From Lingula anatina (lineage: Eukaryota > Animalia > Brachiopoda), in the NCBI GenBank assembly GCA_051362555.1, contig CM120640.1:18910001-18974000 (forward strand): a stretch of 64,000 nucleotides of DNA, given 5' to 3'. The position numbers were made by a program, and so were the translations under genes. Shown in pieces: positions 1 to 17,613 of this stretch (position 1 is its first letter; each line of letters begins with the position of its first letter). The notes under the pieces were generated by a model that had not been told where the DNA came from, did not search any database, and was given only the letters and a program-made list of their open reading frames with translations.

Positions 1-441
1 GGGTTTAACTCAATCATGAATGTAAACTTAGTGGATTTTAGTCCTGTTTCTGAAACTGTAACTTGTGCTTTCATTCCGTTTCTGAAAAGGCAAAAGGTTT
101 GTCTGGAAGCGAGTGCTCAGTGGTTTCATCTGGAATTCAGATGTGAACATGTAGAATTGTTTGTTAGTTCAACAGTCAGAGTTTAGGCATGTGTGTCATG
201 GAATACTTGGCTATGTGGTCAGTTGCATAGTTAGCACGTGAAAACAACTAGAGATCAAAGGCAAAAACTATGAATCATCACGATATGCCCAGTTGCAATA
301 TACGGGCACTAAAATCTGGTACACATATACCTTTGTCATTTAGAAATAAAGTCAATTAACACACACAGTTATTTATCTATTATACACTCATATGTGTATC
401 TGTATTTACTTTTCTCTTTCAATGAATTTCTCACTACTTAA

Positions 442-7206
<6,765 letters not shown>

Positions 7207-9479
7207 AACATACTTAATATTTTACTAACAGTATTATGTACTTAAATTTAAGTTTCTTTTGAAACAATTGATAGGAATTCTGACTTCCTAATGTGCCATG
7301 TGCATTTCTAACCATCTTAAGATCAGTTGGGAAAGTCATCATGGCCACAGTTCATACTATCAAATCATGATCAGTTACATAGGAATCAGACTGTTAACTA
7401 CCATTGTGTAGGAAAATGTGTACGCAAAGTATTTTAGAGGGGAGGTGGGAGTTAAACAGCGTAGTATTTATTTAGAGCCAGGGTTTTTTTCAGAGCTTTT
7501 CTGTAGCCCAGAGGTCAACTGAAATACATATCAGAATCATGTAAACCAAAAATCATAATTTTGTTGATTGTTTATTACACAATGAAGATGCATAAATTGC
7601 ATGGTAAAAATTAGATGTGCACTGTTGCTATTAGTTGTTTTATGGTGCAGGACAACCATTTCATAATAAGACCAGTCATGATGCCAAAGACAAGTACAGA
7701 AAATTTTTGTGGGAGTGAATTTTCATGTCATAGACACATATTTAAGTACACTTTTAGCGTAGCAATACAGGTAATGCAGGGTTATTTTTTGTATGTGCAC
7801 TGAAATAAACGAGCACAATATTTAGTAAGCATCACGCTTCTAAACACTACTCATTCAGATCATTATAGATTATACTTGTGCACCAGTGATTTATAAGAAC
7901 ATTTTCAACAATGATGCCCATTGCAACAAGTCCTAGATATTTTGGAATTTAACAAGAGTTGCAAAATCACCTGGAAAATACTCAACATGTAAAAAAATAA
8001 GTGCATGTACACATGTCATGTGCTTCTATAAAGTGCCAAAGTATGTATACTAGTAAATAGTCAGATATTCATCATTTGAATTGCATGTTATCCAATTGAG
8101 AGTTAACTTACTCTCAGCAGGAACCCTGATGTTGTGGTGCTATTGTTTTGATAAATTACAGGTATAAGTACCTATTTTACATTTATTTTACATTAAGTTC
8201 CACTTTGTTGAATTATTATAATTTTATTCCATTAAGATTCAGCACATACTCCCAGATTTATTTGAATTGTTTGTACATAGAATTTTAACATGATATCATT
8301 TGTGTCAGTTGTACCTTTTAGCAGTTTTTGTACATATCTTTTAAGTCAGTCTTAGTTTTAAAAAAGGACTGCAAAAATTACCTTATGAGTGAGGTAACAA
8401 GAGCAGAAATCGGTTATGGGCTCTCTTCAACTGCTGAATGATCTCAGATTTCAACTTACATTTTTGTTTTAATTATAGTAATGACATCTTTTATTTTAAA
8501 TTGTAATGTGGACTAAATTATTAAAGTAAACGTCTTGCAGTTTTTATTAATATATGAATATATATGTATAAAATGTATTGGCTGTAACATTGTTATCATA
8601 AATTTACTTCAAAGTTAATTTTATTATTGCAGATCAATGACTAAGTATCCACAAGATTTGCATGCATTTCACTGGATTAACAATACTCATTACTTAATTA
8701 AGGTGAAAAACCTCAAATAAACACTGCTGAGACCTTAAGATATGTGACCATGAATATCAGAGAAGACAAAAGGCAAAAGTCGGATCTTGTTTCCCTCCAT
8801 TGTTTTTACTTGGTTATCTTGCCATTTCCATTGCTCAAATCTACTGCCATGTTATATCTACATATATATTTATTGAACGTTCAGAAAATTTAAGTCTTTG
8901 GTGCTTAAAAGCTTCTAATTGTGCAGCAATTACCAAAGGTATGCTTGCTTGTATAGTTCATAGCTAGAAATAATAAAATAATATTTATGACTTTATGTCA
9001 TGCTTTTTGATTTATATAACTGTTATTTGTTTGTGGTGTTATCATGTTACATATATAAATGACAAATAACACAACCATACCATCAATTCCAAAGGGCTAA
9101 AATACAACTCCCCACTTGATGGAAATAACCATTGTGTTTTGAAATATTGAATTTTTGTTCCAATAGTTTCTGGACAATGCATCATAATCTGAAATCATTA
9201 GAACAAAAAATGCCATGCTGGAATTAAATTACAAAAATATCACGTTTTATCTTGAATTTCATGCTTAGACATTCTTCAACATTTCTCTTGCTAAAATGGT
9301 AAATTGTATTGGAATGAACTTAAAATTATTTGCAAATTATCTGCATGTGACAAGGAATATACTGGTAATACATATGTTACTAATATCCCAACACTTTCAA
9401 AAGATATAAAATACTTAAATACTTAATTATAAGAATATAAAACAAAGAAGGGCATATTTTAATGAAAAGTTTACTCATT

Positions 9480-11429
9480 TCAAAGATCTTTGTAATTTTT
9501 CAATACTTGCTCCAGTGAAGCAAAACTGTCTAGAAAGTCTTCTTCAGCTAGACCAAATTTAATATACTGATGTACAAAAGCCCTTGCTCCAAACATGGAC
9601 CACGATTTCTCAAGCACGCTGTTCAATGGAGTCACTGGTGTCTGACTGTTGCTTAGTAATGAAGCAGATTTCTCATACTGACAAAACATTCTTGGCTGCT
9701 TCCATTCTAATAATCCACAGCCAGACGGTATCCAGTCAGTATACAGTTTTGGTTCTGTAAATGCACTTACATCAGCCATGTTGCAATCTTTTCCTCTTAA
9801 TAATAGCAGATTGGCCAGTGAGAAGTTGTGATTCCGGATTGCACCAGAGGAGACACGCACATTCCAGTCGATTCCTATGTGAAAATGAACACAATCAGAT
9901 AAATATATCTGCCTGAAAGAATTAAACCTAGCAATATAATTTTTGCCATTCATTTGAATAATTTAACAATTGTTTACAAAGATTTCCATTTCAATTTAAA
10001 TCTTTTCTAAAATTTTAGTACTTAACGAATACCTGTCTAGAATGCATGTGTGTATGCAAGAAAGTGTCTCTGCATTATTTTGAAGTTTTTCACACTGCTG
10101 CTAAAAAAAAAAGCTACACAAACCCTCTTCCATGGGTGCATTTGCAATGAGCATCTGTCTAAGATGTTTCAGAAGCCCGGGCCACTGGTATGCGCTGTAC
10201 TGCAATGCTGCCTCTGACATCTGGGGGATATTGAGCAAGCTCAGCAACTTGTAATCTGGGTGGGCAACTAGGTGTTCCAGCACGTCACCTGAAAAAAAAA
10301 AACATGGGGAACTGTTAAACCAGCAACACTGAACATGCCGAAAATAATGAGAGTTTGTCTTTCCGTATCACTGCAGCATGAATATAATGGTAGCAAACTG
10401 TGAGTAGTACAAAAAAGTGGGGTCAACTGAACCAAATACTTTTACCAAAAGGAACAAAAATCATGAAATCCCTGAAAATGTCAATAAAATATACCTAGTC
10501 TGTTCTGCCTAGTGTGACTGCCTTCTGTTCTAACAGTGGGTTGAAGAAAACTAGCCAGTTTATGAGCAATTACTGTATTCATATCTTGGAATGAAATGTG
10601 TTTAATATTCAGCAACTGTGAACAGATTTTCTGAATCTTATCATTCTCCATGATAAGCAATGCATCAGAGTAGAGGTAAAGCTGCGACAATGTCAACAAC
10701 GCATTGTAATTCTGCACAATGACCTCTCCTGTGTTGTACGGCCATACAACTTGGTTCATGATAAAAGAATGTGGATATTCATCCCTGAGACACTGTGTGA
10801 TGTAAGCACCGACACCAGAACCTGTCCCTCCAGCTAAGCTCATCAGAGTCAGGAAACCATCAAAGTGGTCACATTTCTCGACCTCAGACTGCACAAGAGC
10901 CATGATATCGTCATGAGCTTTAGGTCCATGTGCACAAAACCCGTGAGCCCAATTGTTCCCTGAACCTTTCTTTTGGCAGAACTGTTGCTTGTCAGGGTAA
11001 TGCCATTTCCCACTCTTCTTGGCATCTAGTCTTGTCTTGGAAATTGCTTTTGTTTCCATGTCAACCATCACAGCCCTTGCTTCCAATTTTCCATGTTTGT
11101 CTTCCACGAAGAACCTTTCGTTGACTGCCTCCAAGTAGTTGTCATTCTCTTTCTTGGTTACACCTAAAGAGTGCAATAAATAAATGAATGAATAAATATA
11201 TAGCAAACTGTGTATGTATTTAAAAAATCATATATGCTTACCACAAGTAAATGACATTTTGATATTAAAAAGCACATTGAAAAAAGATGAAAAACATGAA
11301 TGATTTGTTGAGAACACAGAATGCTGTTTAACCTGTATGTTTGCAGTCTGCATCTTCAATTATAGTTGAAAACAGCTGACCTCCTATCTGGTTCCCACAT
11401 TGTCCTAACTGGAGGGTCACAAGAGGCAT
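9480..11429 (-). CDS. TUBD1: Tubulin delta chain, 441 aa, 4 coding exons
   Basis: Exons 11429-11333 ([20 protein letters not shown]), 11163-10495 ([40 protein letters not shown]), 10288-10124, 9874-9480 (GIDW...[12 protein letters not shown]...ARAFVHQY). Total 1326 nt in frame; motifs match the delta subfamily. Confidence 0.95.
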
Positions 11430-11879
11430 GACAGCCTGTTCACTACTGAAATTAGATAATTATCTGGGGAAAAAATTGCAATGCACTAACTTAATTAGAA
11501 AAAGAAAATCATGTATGATTGTATGGACCCTACTGTACATGTCATTAAAATATAAGTATTTTGATCTATAGGAGTTACCTTTAGTATTAAAACGGTTTAT
11601 CCATTCTCAGATATGTGGCTATCTGTACAAAAAGAATCAAGTCCCTTGCATTACAAAAGACAGGTGGCTCCTACTGTGCTATAGTGACTCACATAGTACA
11701 ACTACAATGTGTAATGCAAATGCTTAGCTCTGTCGTAAAATTTAGAGAGATACCTACTGTATGTATCTTAACTTATTGCTAAATGATTTATATAATCAAA
11801 CTACAAGAGGATCAGGTCGCAAATGTGGTTTATATCTCTTAGCATTATATTCATATTCAACCAAAACCTACTTAGCTGG

Positions 11880-12013
11880 AAAAGTTATGGTTAACAGCTA
11901 TTCGCCTTCATACTTCCCGCAATGTTTCTTATAAAATCCGGAAGTCTAAGATATAGTACGTCCCGCATGCGTAGTCAGACATTTCCGTGTGCCCGGAAAA
12001 CGTGAGCATCGTA
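11880..12013. promoter_or_regulatory. Compact bidirectional promoter between TUBD1 and MRPL50
   Basis: Local CpG cluster with ETS site CCGGAAGT (11938-11945), NRF1-like CGCATGCG (11964-11971) and E2F-like TTCCCGC (11914); the two ATGs are 585 bp apart, head-to-head. Confidence 0.7.
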
Positions 12014-13100
12014 ATGCTGTCCACTACTCTCCATCGAATTTTGGTTTCTGTGGTAAGTGTACAAAAATCTAAACACGAAGTTCAAAAACCTCATGCTTTG
12101 CTCCAATATCACTCCTACAGCTTCATAGTAAAAATTGACCTGCATTTATGAAACTACACGTTACATTAACGTTAATTCAATTTCTACTTCCAGTGTTTGT
12201 GACATCAAATATCAAAGTTAATCAGTAGTCACTTCTGTTAGTGTTTAAGGATTCGTTGTTTGTTGCCAAGTTAATGATAGAGTTTTAACTAGTGCTAGTC
12301 AAAGGTCGAAATTGTCATTCACACAAAAGTTGACGGTAGTCCCAGGCACGTCCGTTATATCTGTGGTCCCATAAGTGTTGTTATGTAAAAATAGTCATTT
12401 TCTGCGCTTAAAACATAAAAAATAACTGAAGTTGGAATTTGGGTTCTTCCAGAAAGAGCACAAACTGGCCATGTGATAATGTTGACTGAAGTGTACTGTT
12501 GTCAGTCAGGTTTAAAATTATTATTAGTCTTTTTTTTAATTTAAGCACAATAGTTCAGTATATCCATGTAGAGGACGGTCAACATGGAGAATATGGAATC
12601 TCGCCAATAAAACTGCTGAGGATTCAGAAAAGAAAGAAGATGAGACACAAAAGTGGAAAGTCCCCTTGATACAGGACAAAGAAGGAGCCAAGAAAAGGGC
12701 TAAAAATTTTATACATGATGGAATAAGCACACATAACATGTTTCAGTCTCTGCAAGGAAAAAGGTAAGGGACATTCATTTGAAGAAAATTGTTTTGAAGA
12801 TTTTGCTTTGCATTGAGATCTGAATCTTATTTAATTTCTCTGTTAACAGATATATGTTTGTTTGAAAAATCAGTTTGTTGATTATATTCAATTTTAATGA
12901 ACATTCTTTCAATCTGTTACATATTATGGAAAATAAACCCCCTCCCCCTCTAAGAAATTATTTAAATAGAAAAAAGCTAATTAAATAAATAAATTGCCAG
13001 TTACATTATATCACTTTATATCTTGTAATTGTTAAGGTTGCAAGTTTTTAAGCATTGAAAAAAATCCAAACCAATGCATTACTGTTAGTCTGTATTTATG

Positions 13101-13135
<35 letters not shown>

Positions 13136-14169
13136 TTCAGTTCAACATCAACAAACAGAGGCTATTCTCCACCAAAAAATGTCAGAGAAAGACTGGAGAC
13201 TTTGGTGAAAGAAGTATATGGGGATTCCTCTGATTGGACAGAAAAGCCACTCACAGACCCATTGCTTAAATTCAAGGTACCCCTTTATTTAAGCTTGGGT
13301 TATATGTAAATCAAGTGGTTCCCAAGGAATTCCACTCATCATGGACTCAGTAATGCATTGAGCAATTGATACAGTGGTGGATTTAGAGGGGGGGTCAGGG
13401 GGGTCCTGACCCCCCTTTGGTTTCTGAAAAAAAGTCACACTAATATATCCCCTCTTGGAATTAGAATTTTGGCTAGCTGATTTATAGTTCTTAACTGCTC
13501 CAATGGCACAGTTTCTCTCCAAAACACTCCAAGGGGGCCGAGGGTCAGCTTCGCATTTGAGGCCTGTCACTCCTGAAAAATTGACCCCCCCCCCCTTCAA
13601 ATAATCCTGGGTCCAACCCCTGTCATACCATTGATCAGATAAGTATCACAGTCTTTATTGTTTTAGAGAATTTTAATCACTCAGAGATCTCTGAGATTTT
13701 AGCTAAAGATTGCAGTTTTTGGTAAGTTGAACCCCTTTTCATCAATGTAGTTTCACCTTTATCATGTTAAAAGTGTAAAAATAATTCTTTTAAATATATT
13801 AATTCTGAACATTGAGACTCTTCCATTTATCTTTCATTATGACAGGTGTTGACAAAGTGTGAAGAAGAATTCGGACATACCATCTCAAACACAAGTCTGC
13901 ATGATATGAATACAGGGGCAGATGTCCTCGATTTTTTTCTTACTCCTGTCAGAGACACTACTGCTTATGAGGACTTGGCCAAACTGGATCTGCCAAGGAA
14001 TCTCCATATTCAACTAGAACCAAAACGATTTCATCCAGAAACTGACACAAAATTTGGAGGCATATCTGCTTTTCCTGGAAGAGACACTATTGTTACTAGC
14101 ATTAAATACAGGAAGAAGTATAAAGGATATAAATGGAAGCCAAAGCAACCATATTTTTACACACCTTAG
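12014..14169 (+). CDS. MRPL50: Mitochondrial large ribosomal subunit protein mL50, 238 aa
   Basis: Exons 12014-12052 (MLSTTLHRILVSV, presequence-like), 12546-12763, 13141-13276, 13846-14169; 717 nt in frame. DPLLKFKVLTKCEEEFGHTISNTSLHDM...DFFLTPV...LPRNLHI matches the Ribosomal_L50 pattern. Confidence 0.88.
13372..13622. mobile_element. GC-rich MITE-like insertion in MRPL50 intron
   Basis: Ends CAGTGGTGGATTTAGAGGGGGG / ATCCTGGGTCCAACCCCTG form a degenerate inverted pair with G/C runs; no clear TSD. Confidence 0.5.
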
Positions 14170-14473
14170 CAGCCTGGCCTTAGTTGACGAAAATTACACA
14201 AATAAGTTAAAACTCATCATTGTTCATAGTACATGCTGTATATATTGCATGTAGATCATTGACATTGAAACTGAGCACTGGAATCATAAACAGTAAACTT
14301 AACTTGGAGGGGGAAAAGTTAATAATATTGTTATTATTTTCTGTTAAAATCCCATGCCAAATAAAGTTCATCTTTTGAATTAAGACTAAATGGTCTCCAT
14401 GGATACCCATTGCATATAACCCCACTTTGCCACATTGCCATGAGTAGCTCACCCAGAGGGATTCCATCTCTTA

Positions 14474-14719
14474 GACTGAGTTCCCATCCCTACATCCATC
14501 CATCTGGATTGGTCTAACTCCCTGGGGAGTCTCACTTAATTGCTAACAACATATCCAGCTTAAATGTCTGTCATGCCTACCGAATCAGCAAGAGTAAAGA
14601 TAATTACCCCCTAACAGCTTTATTAGGCGATGCAGACATTTAAGTCAGTTAGGTTGATAGCAATTAAGTGAGACTCTCCAGGGAGGTAGATCGATCCAAA
14701 TATCTGTGGGAATGGTTCC
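14474..14719. mobile_element. PIF/Harbinger-like MITE, copy 2 (fold-back form)
   Basis: TTA on both sides, TTCCCA/TGGGAA termini, long internal inverted arms (GGAGTCTCACTTAATTGCTA..CTTAAATGTCTG / CAGACATTTAAG..TAGCAATTAAGTGAGACTCT). Confidence 0.7.
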
Positions 14720-15118
14720 TTAGGTATCTATGCCATTGGCTAGGATTTGATTACTGAAAACCAACATCATATTTCAATGTGTTTAAATGTTAAAGCAATA
14801 AAAATCTTACTTTCTGCTTTTCCAATAAAAAAAGTGGCATTTCTTTCCAAAGCATTAAAAACAGTTAATTTCGTAATTAAATGAGGCAACGTTGTTTTTT
14901 ATTTTTATTTTATATATTTAAAGAGATAACTCTTCGTATGAGATCTACATTTCACAATAAATACACTGTAAACAACACATAGAAATATAACATTTAATTT
15001 TACCAAAAAAACAGCAGTTACAGTAATTAATATGAAATATGTGCATGGCATCTGACCACGTGACCTCCAGTGATGGCTATACTCTGTAATAATCTCGTAA
15101 GAGATTATTACAAAATAA

Positions 15119-15153
<35 letters not shown>

Positions 15154-15418
15154 AGGAACTAACTTTGAATGTCAAAATGGATTCATTATCCATTGGTAAG
15201 TATGGGACAACTGCTGTTTACCCCAGGAAAATTCTTTTTTTTTTTTGCCAAAATGAACAGTTGTTATCCCTTAAATTTTTTGGTATGTGTGCGTTTGTGC
15301 TGGGTTGGAAGACATAGGGCATGTGAGGCAATCTCTTAGGTAATTGTCAAAGTTGATTGGTATGAAGCATGTGGGGAGCATGGTGCACAGTTGTAAGTGA
15401 CCAGCCAGTAGCCACCAC

Positions 15419-15450
<32 letters not shown>

Positions 15451-16379
15451 GGACAAATTAGATTAGTCCAGAATATCCCAGATATGACAGCTTTGAAACA
15501 TATCAGATGATGACATAATGCTTTAATTGGCACATATAATTTACATAAATGGGGCCAATGCCATCTAAAAGAATTGATTCCATACTGCTGTACAAAATGT
15601 AAACTTGGTGTTATACCAGTATATATAAAAGGCCTACAAAAGAAGTAAACATTTTTTTTATAGAAAAAAAAAAGAAGTAAACATTGTTATATGACCCTAA
15701 TGAGCATTTGCATTAGGCTGACTTACCCGCATTACTTACCATATCCCCCATATGTATCGTTTGTGAAATGACAGGTTTTACACCTATATTTACAAGTAGG
15801 CAATATACTGAATTTAACAAATGCTTCTCTGTTTTAATAAGTTCTCTGCAAATTTTTACAACTAACGTTGTTAAATTCACACATTTTTACATTCAAGTAC
15901 AATGTACCTGGAGTGAAAGGCCATTGTTTAATATTGGGCCTAATCAAGAATTAACAAGTTAGATAAGTATATCTAGGGCAATCGTCATCCGTCATGATCA
16001 GTGTGTGCGTGAGGTAGGTTAAACCGCTAAGATTCGACCCAATTAAGTGTGAACAAAGGGGAAGTGCTTTCCATGCAGTCGGTTCCAGTGTTTATATATA
16101 GCGAAACCTGGATGGTTAAATAACCTGTCCTGTTAACCGCGCGTGAACTACATAACAGTGCAGGGCTGAAAGCACTGACCCTAAATAACCTAAAAGTAAC
16201 TCGTCTTCGAGATACCTGGGCAAGTCAATCAGCGGTCAACAACACGTAGGTATACAGGCCCCTTAACTGATACAGTATCTAGTCTCAATTCCATGTATTT
16301 CAGCTTTAAAAAATGATTCAGTAAAAGTTATACATTAATCGATTTAATATCTGGCAATGTAACGCTCGCACTACGGAGA

Positions 16380-16538
16380 AAACATCTAATCGTAACAGAG
16401 CAAATGTAGGGTAAAGGTCAAGGGTTCAAGGACTTGCCTACGAGACGAAGGTCATGGAGCGAGGTCATGCAAATGGCACGGCAGCAGCAGGTTGAAGTTT
16501 GACTACGGCAGAGAAAGGAAACCTGAATTGAACTCTAG
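16380..16538 (+). promoter_or_regulatory. Predicted promoter and non-coding first exon for the orphan-ORF / YdjC locus
   Basis: CpG-rich patch with several AGGTCA half-sites, only short uORFs, ending in donor CTAG|gtatct at 16538/16539; start coordinate approximate. Confidence 0.5.
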
Positions 16539-17613
16539 GTATCTTTTCTTTTCAATTTATTTTGTTTAGTTAGGCATTGTGAAAAGCAATTCTGAACTTT
16601 GCTTGCAAAGAAATGCACTCAATGTGGATATAAGGTTACGACCCAGATAAATAACATATTACAATAACAGGATGTGAAAATTAACGATAACCATGGCTTG
16701 GCGGAATAACGTTACTATAGCCAATCGTTGTATATGATGTGACAGCTATTCTGTCATCACTGAAATCAGATTTGAAATATGTAATAAGTTTTTAAGTTGT
16801 GATGAATGGGCATGGCTACGTCCCATGATCACAGTGATCATTTTGGCCTGCTAGTGTTGCATGGTCCCTGTAGTTGGGGTTGCCCTGCAGGGGGCAGCAC
16901 AAAACCGGTTCATATTAGTAGGCCAGCATGTTTATCTTACACTGGTAGTAAGATAAAATTGTTTACGCACTTGATAAAAGGTTAATTTAACTTTAACACC
17001 ACTGCTGCACAAAGATTAAGGGAAGAAAGAAAGATAGGACATAAGATAAACTTTTGTCTCAGATCTTCCCATCTATTATATAATATTCCTAAAATATGCC
17101 AAATTAAATGACAATTAAAATAAATGTTGAAACCGTAAAAATTAAAATTGCATTTTAATTCCAAAAGAAAGCAATCTATGGGTTTATTGTTAAAGAAAAC
17201 CAAAGAAAAATGATAAATATAAATCTAAATTTATACTTTATTTCTTAATTTAAAATTTCATTTAAGGGAAGAAAATTGTTGAGGGTATTCAGGAAATTTG
17301 CCAACTGACTTTTTGGCTCAAAATCACATGGATGTTTGTGTAAAGAGAAAAGTAAAGTCTAGAAAAACACTCGGGAGACCCTTGCTAAGGCAACTTATTA
17401 ATTTCTTGGACACAGCTAGTAGTTGGTGCTAAAATATAGTTGAATCGATCATCATTTTATTCTATTTTAATAATTATTAAGTTATTTATTATTTGGCATA
17501 TATTTTTGAAACATTTATCCATATATGCTGTATTGATATAAGTTTTGTAATAAACAGGCATAGTAATAGTCACTTCATTATACAAGTTTTTTTCTTTTCC
17601 TGATAGAGTAACC

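Noticed and set aside
16539-16548. GTATCTTTT donor as a possible U12-type splice site
   Set aside because: One mismatch to RTATCCTTT and no TCCTTAAC-like branch site before either candidate acceptor.
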